Of a stretch of 64,000 bases of DNA, positions 27,106 to 39,050 are shown in pieces; position 1 is the stretch's first letter, and each line of letters starts with the position of its first letter. The notes below the pieces were generated by a model. That model worked only from the letters and a program-made list of their open reading frames with translations. It had not been told where the DNA came from and made no database searches. Position numbers and translations under genes: made by a program. The stretch comes from a bacterium (GTDB lineage: Bacteria; UBA8248), in the NCBI GenBank assembly GCA_965219955.1, contig OZ244799.1, positions 4,160,001 through 4,224,000 of the forward strand, given 5' to 3'.

Positions 27106-27954
27106 TTAGGGCGCTTCGAGGGAAGGGATTTGCCCGCGGAATATGCTCTTCAAATGGTGCGGCATGACGCGCAGACCGGCGTAGAAGGGGCCGAACTCGC
27201 CGTACCAGACGCTGGCCTCATCGAAGCGCATCTCGTAGACGAGGCGCTTGAAGACGAGCGGATCTTCCGAGAATAGATACACCCCCCATTCCCAGTCGTC
27301 GAAGCCGATGCTGCCCGTGATGATCTGCTGGACGCGGCCGGCGTAGCGCCTGCCGACGAAGCCGTGCTCGCGCATCATTTGCTGGCGTTCTTCGATGGGG
27401 AGGCCGTACCAGTTCTTCTCCTCACCCCGGCGCTTGTTCATCGGGTAGAAACACAGATATCTCGTCTTTGGGATATCCATGTAGAGGCGCTCTTTCATGC
27501 GCTCTCGCTGGTTGTCCATCTCTGCGGACCATTTGGACTTCCAGTCGTCGCTTCCGGGTTCCAGACCCTCATCCACGAACTGGCCGTGGAGCTTCACGGT
27601 CATTTCGTAGAGGCCGAGTTCCAGGAATGAGAGGTAGGAGGTGGTCTCGTCCATGTATTCCGCCAGCGCCAGCCGCCGCAGCCCCAGTTCGACCTCATTC
27701 AGCGCATCGAGCGTGGGCCTGAAATGAAGAAACAGCAAATCTCCCTTGTGGCCCAGCAGGCTGAAAAGGGCGCTCTCGCCGGATTCGGGCTGGGCGACAG
27801 AAGCGAAGTATTCCGTCGCTTCATCCAGGATGCGGTGCTGCCGGGCGTTCTCCAGGCGGTTCCAGGCGGGCCAGTTCACCCGGAAAACATGGTGCAGAAT
27901 GGCCCAGCCATCGAGCGTTTCGGGCATTTTGGCGTCTTTCAGGTTCGGATTCAC
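27106..27954 (-). CDS. hemQ: Coproheme decarboxylase ChdC/HemQ (chlorite dismutase superfamily)
   Basis: PETLDGWAILH, LGHKGDL, FYPMNKRR, NWYGLP, EHGFVGRRYAG, GSIGFDDWEWGV, YEMRFDEAS. Confidence 0.85.
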   Translation of the reverse strand: MNPNLKDAKMPETLDGWAILHHVFRVNWPAWNRLENARQHRILDEATEYFASVAQPESGESALFSLLGHKGDLLFLHFRPTLDALNEVELGLRRLALAEYMDETTSYLSFLELGLYEMTVKLHGQFVDEGLEPGSDDWKSKWSAEMDNQRERMKERLYMDIPKTRYLCFYPMNKRRGEEKNWYGLPIEERQQMMREHGFVGRRYAGRVQQIITGSIGFDDWEWGVYLFSEDPLVFKRLVYEMRFDEASVWYGEFGPFYAGLRVMPHHLKSIFRGQIPSLEAP

Positions 27955-28060
27955 AGTTTGCTCCCGCAGGATGACGTGTATCGGCCAAGCGCCGCTTTTG
28001 CAAAGAGATACCCCAGAGTCCGCCGTGTTGCAAACATCGCGGCTTTTGGCGTCGTTCCGG

Positions 28061-28951
28061 CTATCGGGCCGGTGATGGAGCGGGCAGCCTGACGGGTTTG
28101 CCGGTGGAATCCGCTTCCTGGAAGATCCGGTGGCATTCCGAGCACAGCGTTCTTGCGGCGGCGAGATTTCCGGCGAGGCGGTCGTAATCGGGTTTTCGGG
28201 CGTTTATCTCGATAGTTTCAGCCAAGTCGAGCAGTTTCCGGGTCAGGTCATCATACAGCTCTTGCGCCTCGCCCTCTCTGAGGTTCGATATCCAGGGAAC
28301 GAAAAATTTGAACTTTTCCGATAATTGCTTGATTTGGCGTTCCTTTTGCCGGGGGATGAACTTGCCATTTAGACCTAAAGTGAGCGTTTCCCGGCCCAGG
28401 TTCGCCAGGATTTTTTCGAGATCTTTCATCACGTCCTTGACCGATTCGGGGTCGAAATCGAAAGAAAAACGCGTCCGTACGGGATGAGGCGCAAGACCGG
28501 ATATGACGGCCGTGATGGCATACGGGCCCTTTTCGCCCAGTTGGACGTTTGCGCCATAAATTTTTTGTTTATCTTTCCGGAACCTTTTGAGCGTGAAGGT
28601 TTTTTCCCATTCGTTCTGGGTGAATTTCAGTTGCACCTCCAGTTTTTTCGACAGGGGATTCCTGTCTTTCGTATCCTTTATTCTCATCTCGAAACGATGC
28701 GTGAAACGAGATAGCAGCCGATGTGCGTGTTCCATAGATTTGGGCGTGTTTTCTTGTTTGATCAACCTTGGAGGCATGGCGTTCAGCTCTATCTCCATGT
28801 TCTCAATTTTCTTCTTGCCGACCTCCTGGAAGATATACGATATGGAACTGGTGTGGTGCGCAGGAGTGTTACGAGGTGCGAAAGGTGTAAAGATGAGAAA
28901 GAAGAACAGGAGGCTGATTGCCGGGTAGCGGAATTTTCTCATCGCCTGCAT
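28061..28951 (-). CDS. Exported protein: P19/Tp34-like beta domain fused to a helical C-terminal cytochrome c domain (CxxCH)
   Basis: Signal peptide; YGANVQLGEKGPYAIT resembles the P19 iron-transport family; CSECH near the C-terminus after helical sequence. Confidence 0.55.
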   Translation of the reverse strand: MQAMRKFRYPAISLLFFFLIFTPFAPRNTPAHHTSSISYIFQEVGKKKIENMEIELNAMPPRLIKQENTPKSMEHAHRLLSRFTHRFEMRIKDTKDRNPLSKKLEVQLKFTQNEWEKTFTLKRFRKDKQKIYGANVQLGEKGPYAITAVISGLAPHPVRTRFSFDFDPESVKDVMKDLEKILANLGRETLTLGLNGKFIPRQKERQIKQLSEKFKFFVPWISNLREGEAQELYDDLTRKLLDLAETIEINARKPDYDRLAGNLAAARTLCSECHRIFQEADSTGKPVRLPAPSPAR

Positions 28952-29271
28952 CTCACTGAAAATGTTTGGAAATCTGCCTCGGTCGGCTTTCTTTGACGGC
29001 AGGACTTATGCTCTCTTTCATAACAGGATTCGGCCCGGTGGCGCAATGAATCCAGGGGAATTGACAGGCCGACCACCCAGAGGGTTGACTTAAAGTGAAA
29101 GGTGCATTACTTGAATGGAGCAGGTTTGAATTTCTGGCTGTTCCGTTTTGATTAGAAGTCAATTTTAGAGGTTCTGCATCTGAAGTCACCGATATCGTGA
29201 GCGAATGATTGCGCGCACGCTTTTTGAAACCAATAGCTGCCAATCTGAAAAATTCTTTGAGAGGAGTAGGC

Positions 29272-30012
29272 ATGATTCCCAAACGCTTTCAATTTTGCTG
29301 GATGTTTGCGGTGCTGTTGAGCATCGCATTGGCCGGCTCCGCGGACGCTTACAAGGAAGGAAAAGTGAGCGGCGGCGGTTCGATTACCGGAGCTATCAAG
29401 TTCGACGGCGCGGCCCCGAAACTGAAAACATTATCCGTGAATAAAGACAAAAAAGTTTGCGCAAAAAAACCGATCAAGGATGAGAGTCTGGTCGTGAAAG
29501 ACGGCGGCGTGGTACGGGCCGTCGTGTCCCTGAAGGGTGTGAAATCCGGCAAGAAGTGGTCGAAGAGCCAGAAAAAAGCGACTATGGACCAAAAAGGGTG
29601 TGTCTACCTGCCTCGAGTCGTGGTGATGAAGCAAAAGACGAAGCTGTTGATGAAGAACAGCGACAAAATTCTCCACAACGTCCACACCCATCCTGGAAAA
29701 ACGGGCAACCCGGTAGCCAACATCGCGCAGCCCAAGTTCAAGAAAAAACTGAGAATGTCGACCCGCTACTTCAAGAAGCCCGGCATCCTGAAAGTGACCT
29801 GTGACGTTCATGACTGGATGAAGGGCTATATCGTCGTTGCGGATAATCCCTATGTCGGCGTCACGGGCGACGGGGGGAAATTCGAGATAAAAGATGTTCC
29901 CGCAGGTTCCTATACCCTCGAGATTTGGCACGAGGTTCTGGGCAAGAAATCCATGAAAGTGTCGGTGAAGGGCGGCGCTGCCACGGCGGTGAACGTAACG
30001 CTGAAAAAATAA
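29272..30012 (+). CDS. Exported cupredoxin-like / carboxypeptidase-regulatory-like domain protein
   Basis: Signal peptide, DQKGCVY, NSDKILHNVH, CDVHDWM (H..C-x2-H-x2-M), PAGSYTLEIWHE. Confidence 0.75.
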   Translation: MIPKRFQFCWMFAVLLSIALAGSADAYKEGKVSGGGSITGAIKFDGAAPKLKTLSVNKDKKVCAKKPIKDESLVVKDGGVVRAVVSLKGVKSGKKWSKSQKKATMDQKGCVYLPRVVVMKQKTKLLMKNSDKILHNVHTHPGKTGNPVANIAQPKFKKKLRMSTRYFKKPGILKVTCDVHDWMKGYIVVADNPYVGVTGDGGKFEIKDVPAGSYTLEIWHEVLGKKSMKVSVKGGAATAVNVTLKK

Positions 30013-30028
30013 TCACGCACCAAACGCG

Positions 30029-30062
30029 AAAAAAGCGGCGGTCATATGGCCGCCGCTTTTTT
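30029..30062. terminator. Bidirectional intrinsic terminator
   Basis: AAAAAAGCGGCGGTCATATGGCCGCCGCTTTTTT between convergent genes. Confidence 0.8.
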
Positions 30063-30081
30063 GTGTTTGGTTATTGAACGG

Positions 30082-31269
30082 TTATCCTTTTTTCCTGCCT
30101 GCCGCGATTGCGTCTATCGCATTTGCAATCGAGTCCATTTCGTCTTCCGTGTTCAAATAATGAATGGAAACCCTCACGGCGGGAGGCTCCGTGACCACTG
30201 TCCGGAGGATGATCTGGTGTTTCCTGTAGAGCCTGTCCACCACGTTTTGAGATTCGACGTTCCTGATCCGGAAAGAAACCAGACCAGATTGAGCCTCACC
30301 TTCAGGCGTAATGACTTCAACATTCTTGAGCCCGCGGATTTGCGACATCAGGCGATTCGCGAGTGCCAGAATTCTTTTTTCGATGGATACGGGTCCTGTT
30401 CTCTTGAAGTGTTCGACCGCAGCCCGGAATCCCAGAAAACCAGTTGTATTGAGAGTGCCGACTTCATAGCGCATCGCACTCGGCTCAGGGGTAAACGACA
30501 GGGTTTTTAATCTCTTTTTTTGAGCTGAACGAAAGCTTGCGGATGAGAGCTGAATCTTTTTGCCTGCGCCACGCCTGATATACACGGCGCCCGTGCCATC
30601 CGGACCCATCAGCCATTTCTGGCCTGATATGGTGTAGACATCTACACCGGTGTCTTTGATTTTGACTGGTATATGTCCTATGGACTGGGCGCCATCTACG
30701 ATGAGGAGGGCGCCTGCGGAGACGCATATTTGGCCGATTGCTTCAAGAGGAAGTCTCCTGCCATTCAGCCACGAAATATGGCTCACGCAAACCACTCTTG
30801 TTTTTGGCGTGATAGCCTTTTCCAGGTTTCGGAGGAGCTGCTCATCATTTTGACCGGTTTTGAATAGTTTCACCTTGATGGGATATCTCTTCCGCCAGAC
30901 CAACCAGGGCAGGTAGCCGCCAGGATGCTCCAAATCCGAGACGATTACCTCGTCTCCTGCATTCCATACCAACCCGGCAGCCGCGATGTTGATTCCGACC
31001 GTTGTATTGTTGGTCAACGCTATTTCCGAGGTTTCTGCGCCGATGAGTCTCGCGCAACTCTCTCGGGTACGTGTTAAGGCCTTGGTGGTTTCATTCCTGA
31101 TTTTCGGGTGAAACGAGCCGAGTTCCAAATCGCGTTTCGTGAATTTGTCCATTTCACGAAGAATTGATTTTGACGATGGTCCCCCGCCACCCCAATTCAC
31201 GTAAATCTGATTCTTCAGGGCCGGGACATCCGCCCGCAACTGTTGGATTTTGTTCTTATCGAGAGGCAT
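30082..31269 (-). CDS. Class V PLP-dependent enzyme, cysteine/cystine lyase (C-DES)-like
   Basis: YVNWGGGGP, NTTVGIN, DLEHP, DGAQSIG, SGQKWLMGP, RYEVGT; no C-terminal catalytic Cys motif. Confidence 0.8.
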   Translation of the reverse strand: MPLDKNKIQQLRADVPALKNQIYVNWGGGGPSSKSILREMDKFTKRDLELGSFHPKIRNETTKALTRTRESCARLIGAETSEIALTNNTTVGINIAAAGLVWNAGDEVIVSDLEHPGGYLPWLVWRKRYPIKVKLFKTGQNDEQLLRNLEKAITPKTRVVCVSHISWLNGRRLPLEAIGQICVSAGALLIVDGAQSIGHIPVKIKDTGVDVYTISGQKWLMGPDGTGAVYIRRGAGKKIQLSSASFRSAQKKRLKTLSFTPEPSAMRYEVGTLNTTGFLGFRAAVEHFKRTGPVSIEKRILALANRLMSQIRGLKNVEVITPEGEAQSGLVSFRIRNVESQNVVDRLYRKHQIILRTVVTEPPAVRVSIHYLNTEDEMDSIANAIDAIAAGRKKG

Positions 31270-31292
31270 TTTTCATTCCTTATAAAGGGATC

Positions 31293-33203
<1,911 letters not shown>

Positions 33204-33251
33204 AAAGTGGTTTCGCCTTCGTGGTTGATAGGCGAGTTATGAAAATATCGA

Positions 33252-34055
33252 TCAGTCATGGCGGTGGATAAATTCCAGGATGGACTCATTGAATTCGACC
33301 GGTTTCTCGATATATACGAAATGCCCCCCTTCATCAAAAATTTTCAGTTCAGCTCCAGGAATGGCTTCACTCAACTGATGAGAATAATACGGCGGAGTGA
33401 CGACGTCGTCTCTTGCAACGGCCACCAGCACCGGACCTGTGATTTGACCCAGGCGGTCCAACTGGTCATGTGCAATAATGCAGTCGATTCTCTCGGCCAT
33501 AATCTCGGCGGGAGGCGCGTTTGCGATCGATTGGTTTTCCTGCAATTGGATTTCCTGAAAATTGTCGGTGAAAAACTTCGGGCTATGCAAGGTGAATGTC
33601 GAGAATCTCGTGTAAGGTTCCCATCCCATCTCGAGCAGGACTTCTTTGCGCACGCTGAACTGGCGGGTGAAATATGCGTCGCTCTTGGGCCAGGAACTTA
33701 CGATAGAGCCGCTTTTGACACGCTCGGGATAGTCGATACACATGACTTGAATAATGGCTCCCCCCGTTGAACTACCGACGAGATGCGCTTGTTCTATTTC
33801 AAGGTCATTCATGATGGCGATAATATCTTTTGCCATGTTGGGGACGCTATAAACCCCACTCGGTTTCGCGCTTTTTCCCGTTCCCCTATGGTCATGAAGG
33901 ATAAGCGGTCTCGTAGCAGAAAAGGCGTCGATTTGCTTGGCCCATATACCGCGAATGCCGCCCAGCCCGGTGATTAAGAATACGGGCGTATCGGTATGCT
34001 GGGGGTTAATGACCTCATAATCTATTGCAACACCATCGGAATTAACGGTTGGCAT
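33252..34055 (-). CDS. Alpha/beta hydrolase (RutD/enol-lactonase-like)
   Basis: DHRGTGKS, VGSSTGG nucleophile elbow, DVVTPP, GGHF. Confidence 0.88.
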   Translation of the reverse strand: MPTVNSDGVAIDYEVINPQHTDTPVFLITGLGGIRGIWAKQIDAFSATRPLILHDHRGTGKSAKPSGVYSVPNMAKDIIAIMNDLEIEQAHLVGSSTGGAIIQVMCIDYPERVKSGSIVSSWPKSDAYFTRQFSVRKEVLLEMGWEPYTRFSTFTLHSPKFFTDNFQEIQLQENQSIANAPPAEIMAERIDCIIAHDQLDRLGQITGPVLVAVARDDVVTPPYYSHQLSEAIPGAELKIFDEGGHFVYIEKPVEFNESILEFIHRHD

Positions 34056-34114
34056 CGGAAAATTGTCCCCTTTTTCGTAATTGGTTGAAAATTATGCACA
34101 CAGAAGGCTGAAGA

Positions 34115-35557
34115 TTACTTTGCGAATTCGTTGAGAATAGCGCCGAGCTGATTTATTTCCTCTTCTCTAATGCATCGCAGGTCTAGTATCACTTTATCCT
34201 CGTGAATGCGTGCCACGACAGGTGGAGTCGCATTACGCAACTTGGTTTCCAATGATTTGGCGGAAAAGATTTTGGGAGATAATGTCACGGCATAACTATC
34301 GAGTTTCGCCAGGGGCATGGCCCCGCCGCCTACCATCCCCGTAGTTTCTTCCACCTTGGCGCCGAACACGGAACAAGCATGTTCCCCCATCAGATTCATC
34401 AGGGATTCCGCCTGTTTATTTAGTTTTTCCCGGTTGGTGGACAACATTTGAAGGGTCGGGATCTGGTTGTGGGCGGCATCAGGATCAAGATATGCCCTGA
34501 GTGTCGCCTCCAAGGCGGCGAGCGTCAGCTTATCGAGCCTGAGGATGCGCATGAGCGGGTGTTTTTTCATTTTCTCTACCCATAATGCCTTGCCTACAAC
34601 AATGCCTGCCTGTGGGCCACCGAGAAGCTTGTCCCCGGAAAAGGTTACCACATCGATTCCTGCTTGAATTGATTCTATGGCGGTGGGTTCATGCGGCAGA
34701 CCATCAATTTGTAGAAGCGAACCGCTCCCGAGATCTTCCAGCGTGGGCACATTTGTATCCCTGCTGAGGTCTGAGAGTTCATCGCGAGATACTTCTTCCG
34801 TGAAGCCGACAATCCTGTAATTACTGGTATGCGCTTTCAGCAGCAAAGCCGTATCTTGGGTGATGGCGTTGCGGTAATCGAATATCCTCGTTTTGTTCGT
34901 CGTCCCTACTTCTACTAATTTTGCGCCGCTTTGGCGCATGATATCCGGTATCCGGAAAGAACCGCCTATTTCGACCAACTCGCCTCGTGAAACGATCACT
35001 TCAGCGGAATGGGCCATCGTATGAATCGCAAACATCACGGCTGCGGCATTGTTGTTGACGACCAGTGCCGCCTCCGCCCCTGTCAGTTGGCAAAGAAGAG
35101 ATTCCACGTCAGACCCTCTTTTCCCTCTCTGCCCGAGGTTCAAATCGAATTCCAGATTTGAATATCCTTGCGCTACCTCATCTAGTGCCGCCCTCGCTGC
35201 CTCACTTAACGGGGCTCGACCCAGATTTGTGTGCAGCACGATTCCTGTGGCGTTGATGACTTTTTTTAACCCAAGTTGTTTATTCGAGGTAAGGATTTGT
35301 TTTGCTTCATTTAGAACGATATCTCGAAGCGTTTGCTCGGACAGCGATGCGTTTTCCTCGGCATTCGGGGATTCCTGGTTCATTTGATCGAGCAGAAGCT
35401 GCCTATTCACGCCGATCGCTTTTCTGACGGCATCGGCCAGAGCAGCGTCTGATGAGCCATTGGCACCGTCATTTTTGAGACGGGTGACGATTTCATCCAC
35501 CGAGGGCAATAGTCGAAACAGCCTGGATTGAATATTTCGAGCGTTAGGAGAAGTCAT
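34115..35557 (-). CDS. selA: L-seryl-tRNA(Sec) selenium transferase
   Basis: VINATGIVLHTNLGRAP, VNNNAAA, ELVEIGGSFRIP, EVGTTNKT, FSGDKLLGGPQAG. Confidence 0.97.
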   Translation of the reverse strand: MTSPNARNIQSRLFRLLPSVDEIVTRLKNDGANGSSDAALADAVRKAIGVNRQLLLDQMNQESPNAEENASLSEQTLRDIVLNEAKQILTSNKQLGLKKVINATGIVLHTNLGRAPLSEAARAALDEVAQGYSNLEFDLNLGQRGKRGSDVESLLCQLTGAEAALVVNNNAAAVMFAIHTMAHSAEVIVSRGELVEIGGSFRIPDIMRQSGAKLVEVGTTNKTRIFDYRNAITQDTALLLKAHTSNYRIVGFTEEVSRDELSDLSRDTNVPTLEDLGSGSLLQIDGLPHEPTAIESIQAGIDVVTFSGDKLLGGPQAGIVVGKALWVEKMKKHPLMRILRLDKLTLAALEATLRAYLDPDAAHNQIPTLQMLSTNREKLNKQAESLMNLMGEHACSVFGAKVEETTGMVGGGAMPLAKLDSYAVTLSPKIFSAKSLETKLRNATPPVVARIHEDKVILDLRCIREEEINQLGAILNEFAK

Positions 35558-35714
35558 GCCGCATCCCTTATATGAATACGATGGATGACTATAAGATTGC
35601 AGGTTTTGAATGGTCAAGTCGCCAATATCAAGGTTGGCTCAGGAGTCATTATGTTATGAATATGGGTCAATTCTCGTGTGCCGGATGGAGGGATTTTATC
35701 GATTTGAACTCATC

Positions 35715-35743
35715 TTGACACCCGCCCGACCCCTTGCTAGTGT
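35715..35743 (+). promoter_or_regulatory. Candidate sigma70 promoter
   Basis: TTGACA-17 nt-TAGTGT with extended TG, about 100 nt upstream of 35842. Confidence 0.55.
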
Positions 35744-35841
35744 TCGCGCACAAATCCCGGCAAGCCTATGAGATTTAACTAGCTGTTTACATTTCGTTCA
35801 ATTTGATTTGGCTTCTCCGAACTTCAAAAACAGGGTAGTAC

Positions 35842-36741
35842 ATGAACTCGCCCCAGAATCAGCCTTCCATTTTTGTTCCGGATAAAAATAAGGTTGTTAT
35901 TCCCTTTATGCGCGATGTTTTTACGATTCCCACGAATTCTCGCCATAAGCCCAAGCTCATCGGCTCTGTCTGCAAGGAATGCGAAGAATATTTTTTCCCG
36001 AAAACCGGTTCGAAAACGACTTGCGACAACCCGGTTTGTCCGCGCAGCACGAGCGAAGTGCTTTTAAGCGGGAAGGGCAAGCTTCTTTCGGCCACGATTA
36101 CGCGTTCCTCCGCAGATGGACACCTGGAACATGTTTCTGCCGTGATACTCCTGGATGAGGGAATAAAGATAAATTCCCACTTGATAGACTGGGAAGGCTA
36201 TCGGGACATGCTGGTTCCAGGTTCTCCGGTGGAACTCGTGTTGCAGGACCTCGGAGAGAATGAATGGCGTGAAACGCAGGTGGGGTATGCCTTTCGCCTG
36301 GTGACGGGACGCAAAAAACCCGTTTTCCCGCCCACCGAAGAAGAAAAACGAGCAGCCGAGGCGGCGCGGGCGGAAAGCGGGAAAAGGTCGAAGAGACAAC
36401 AGGCGCGGCGGAAAAAAGAAGCCCCCCAAAAAGCGGCGCCGGAGAAAAAGCGAACGCCAGCCAGGAAAACGGCGGCGGCGAAGAGTAAAGCGGCCGGCGC
36501 TAGAGCGAAAGCGCCTGCCGTTAAGAAGAAAGCGGCGACGACGCGGAAAACAGCGGCCAAAAAGAAAACGGGCGCCGCCAAGGCCGCGAATACGACGAAC
36601 AGGAGCGCCACAGCCAGCAAAGCCGCCGCAGGCAAGGCGGCCGGGGCGAAGGCACCGAAGAAAACTGCTGCGAAGACAACAACGGCGAAAAACACCACCC
36701 GGAAGAAAACGGCCTCCAAAACCACCAGAAAACGCCGCTAG
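35842..36741 (+). CDS. DUF35/ChsH2-like Zn-ribbon OB-fold protein with Lys/Ala-rich histone-H1-like tail
   Basis: CKEC...FFP...CDNPVC, LSGKGKLLS, GYAFR, then about 130 aa of K/A/T/R-rich repeats. Confidence 0.7.
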   Translation: MNSPQNQPSIFVPDKNKVVIPFMRDVFTIPTNSRHKPKLIGSVCKECEEYFFPKTGSKTTCDNPVCPRSTSEVLLSGKGKLLSATITRSSADGHLEHVSAVILLDEGIKINSHLIDWEGYRDMLVPGSPVELVLQDLGENEWRETQVGYAFRLVTGRKKPVFPPTEEEKRAAEAARAESGKRSKRQQARRKKEAPQKAAPEKKRTPARKTAAAKSKAAGARAKAPAVKKKAATTRKTAAKKKTGAAKAANTTNRSATASKAAAGKAAGAKAPKKTAAKTTTAKNTTRKKTASKTTRKRR

Positions 36742-36759
36742 AGAGCATTTTCCCATCCG

Positions 36760-37926
36760 ATGCCACTCCTCCAGGGTCTGAAGGTCATCGACGCCAGCCA
36801 GTTCAATGCCGGGCCCATCGTATCGCTCTATCTGGCGGGCTATGGCGCTGAGGTCATCAAGGTGGAGCGCCCCGGCGGGGAGGACAGCCGCGCCATCGGT
36901 CCTTTCAAGAACGGCGAGAGCAGCTACTTCATGAGCTTGAACCGCGGCAAACGCTCCATCACGCTGAATCTCAAAACCCCCGAAGGCGTCGAAGTTTTCA
37001 AGAAGCTCTGCCGGGAGGCGGACGTCGTGGTGGAAAACCTCCTCCCGGGCGTGATGGACCGTCTGGGCGTCGGCTGGGAGGTTCTCAAGGCCGAAAACCC
37101 CGGGCTCGTATACGGCGCGGTGTCCGGCTTCGGCCAGACCGGAAAAAACGCGAGACGCCCCGCTTTCGACAGCCTCTTGCAAGCCGCGGGCGGCCTCATC
37201 AGCGTGACAGGGCCCGTGGGCGGGGAGCCCGTGCGCGTCGGGGTATCGATCGTCGACGTGACGAGCGGCCTTTATCTTCTTTCCGGGATTCTCACCGCCC
37301 TTTGGAGAAGGGAGCGCACCGGAGAGGGCACCCGCGTCGACGCCTCGATGATGGGCGCGACCGTCAACATCATGGAGAATCCGGTGTCGCGCCACGCCTT
37401 CACCGGCCAGGTGCCTGAACCGGAAGGACTTTCCCATCCGGTGGTCTCTCCTTTCTCGGGCTACCGCACCAGGGACGGCCTCCTGTACGTTGCGATATCG
37501 AACACGAACCGCTACCGCGTATTCGTCGAAGCCCTTGAAAAGCCTGCGCTTGCGGACGATCCCCGCTTCCGGGAGAACAAGGACCGCGTGGCGAACGACG
37601 CCGCCCTGCGCGCGATCCTGGAGGAAATCCTCACCCGGAATACGACCGCCGAGTGGGAGGAACTCCTTGTTCCTCAAGGGGTTACGGTGAGCGCCATCAA
37701 CGACGTGGCGCAGGTGAAGGAGCGCTTCCCCGAGGCCTTCGTGGAGGTCGACCACCCCGCTGCGGGGCCGGGCCTCATGCCCGCCTCCCCGGTCGCCTTC
37801 GGCGGCGTAACGCCTGATTTATCAAGGCCTTCACCGATGCTGGGCGAGCACACCGAAGAGATCCTCGCCGAGGTCGGCTATGGCGCGGAGGAAATCGCCC
37901 GCCTGCGCGCCACAGGCGTCGTGTAA
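36760..37926 (+). CDS. Class III CoA-transferase (CaiB/BaiF)
   Basis: LQGLKVID, GAEVIKVE, NRGKRSITLNLK, ADVVVEN, SPMLGEHT. Confidence 0.93.
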   Translation: MPLLQGLKVIDASQFNAGPIVSLYLAGYGAEVIKVERPGGEDSRAIGPFKNGESSYFMSLNRGKRSITLNLKTPEGVEVFKKLCREADVVVENLLPGVMDRLGVGWEVLKAENPGLVYGAVSGFGQTGKNARRPAFDSLLQAAGGLISVTGPVGGEPVRVGVSIVDVTSGLYLLSGILTALWRRERTGEGTRVDASMMGATVNIMENPVSRHAFTGQVPEPEGLSHPVVSPFSGYRTRDGLLYVAISNTNRYRVFVEALEKPALADDPRFRENKDRVANDAALRAILEEILTRNTTAEWEELLVPQGVTVSAINDVAQVKERFPEAFVEVDHPAAGPGLMPASPVAFGGVTPDLSRPSPMLGEHTEEILAEVGYGAEEIARLRATGVV

Positions 37927-38010
37927 CCGGGATAACCTGCTGTTATTCAACCATTTGTCGAAGAATAGCCTTGCTCCTGACGGGAGGGGGGGATCGGACT
38001 TGTCCGTGCA

Positions 38011-38124
38011 CTTCACCCCCGCAATTGCGCGCATTTCCCCTCGTAAATTTGCGTGAATGTATCGAAAAACCCCGTGAATTTATCCAATTTTATCTGAATT
38101 TATCGAATTTTTCAGGAATTCCCG
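38011..38124. repeat. 10-bp-periodic AT-rich element, copy 2 (inverted)
   Basis: 38060-38084 is the exact reverse complement of 25257-25281. Confidence 0.7.
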
Positions 38125-38449
38125 AGGGCCGCTGAGAGGCGTGCTCGTGCGCTGCGGCCGGAGCTCCGGGAATCGCCGGCCGGCGAAGCGCGCCGGATGA
38201 GAGACTCCGCGCGGGCGATGCGGCAGGTCTCTGGGCGACGCTGGGGATTCGAAACGTCTCATAGCCTTCTCCGTATTCTGAAACGATGCGCCGGGCGTGG
38301 CGTCTCGCGCCGGATATCCCTTCTCTTCCCGGCGTGAAAAACCCGGCCCTTTCACGCGGCGCGGGCCGTGGTGTATTCTGGGCGTTGGGCGGATTTCACC
38401 GGACGAGCAACTGCGGGCAAATGCGCGCGGGGTGGAACCGACCGGGGGG

Positions 38450-38982
38450 GGGGCTGTTCAGAAAGCCCTGAGCGGCGACCGTAGGGACAGGCCTCTGTGC
38501 CTGTCCGAGACCCTGACAAAGGACAACCACGGAGGGTTGTCCCTACGGGGCCATTGAAAAAGCCTCGTCGGGAGCGGGCGGCATTGGGGTTACGCGGCGG
38601 CACTCCTTCCTGCCGCGCAGGCGGCCATAAACCTCATCCTGAGTAGGCGCGCAAGCGCCGTATCGAAGGATGGGAGGCGTTTCCCGTCGTGCAGAGCAAT
38701 CGCCTTCCGCATTGGGCGCGATTGACTTTCGACATGCTCAGGACCGCCCTTCGATACGCGGCTTCGCCGCTACTCAGGGTGAGGGTGCCGGAAACTTCAC
38801 TCCCCCCTTGAGGGGGTCGGGCTTCCCGAGGGGAAAGCCCGACAGAAGCCGAGCGTTTTTTGCGAAGGCTGATGCGGTGGGGGGTAAAATGCACTTTATC
38901 GCCATTGCGAATTATACCCCCCACCGAATCGCTTGCGGGCTTACGCCCTTAGCTCTTTGACTCCCCCTCAAGGGGGGAGTTG
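38450..38982. repeat. Composite intergenic repeat cluster (GTAG-REP doublet, CCTGAGTAG hairpin element, intact CACTCCCCCCTTGAGGG element 38798-38980)
   Basis: Matches to 8503-8678, 57901-58303, 47203-47285. Confidence 0.85.
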
Positions 38983-39050
38983 ATTCGAAATTCTGGTCGG
39001 TGGAGGGCGATCCTCAGAGCGGTAAAACCCAACCCCCCGGGAGTATTCAC

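Noticed and set aside
35810-35840. tRNA-Sec (selC) suggested by ACTTCAAA next to selA
   Set aside because: No anticodon stem, T-arm or acceptor stem around it
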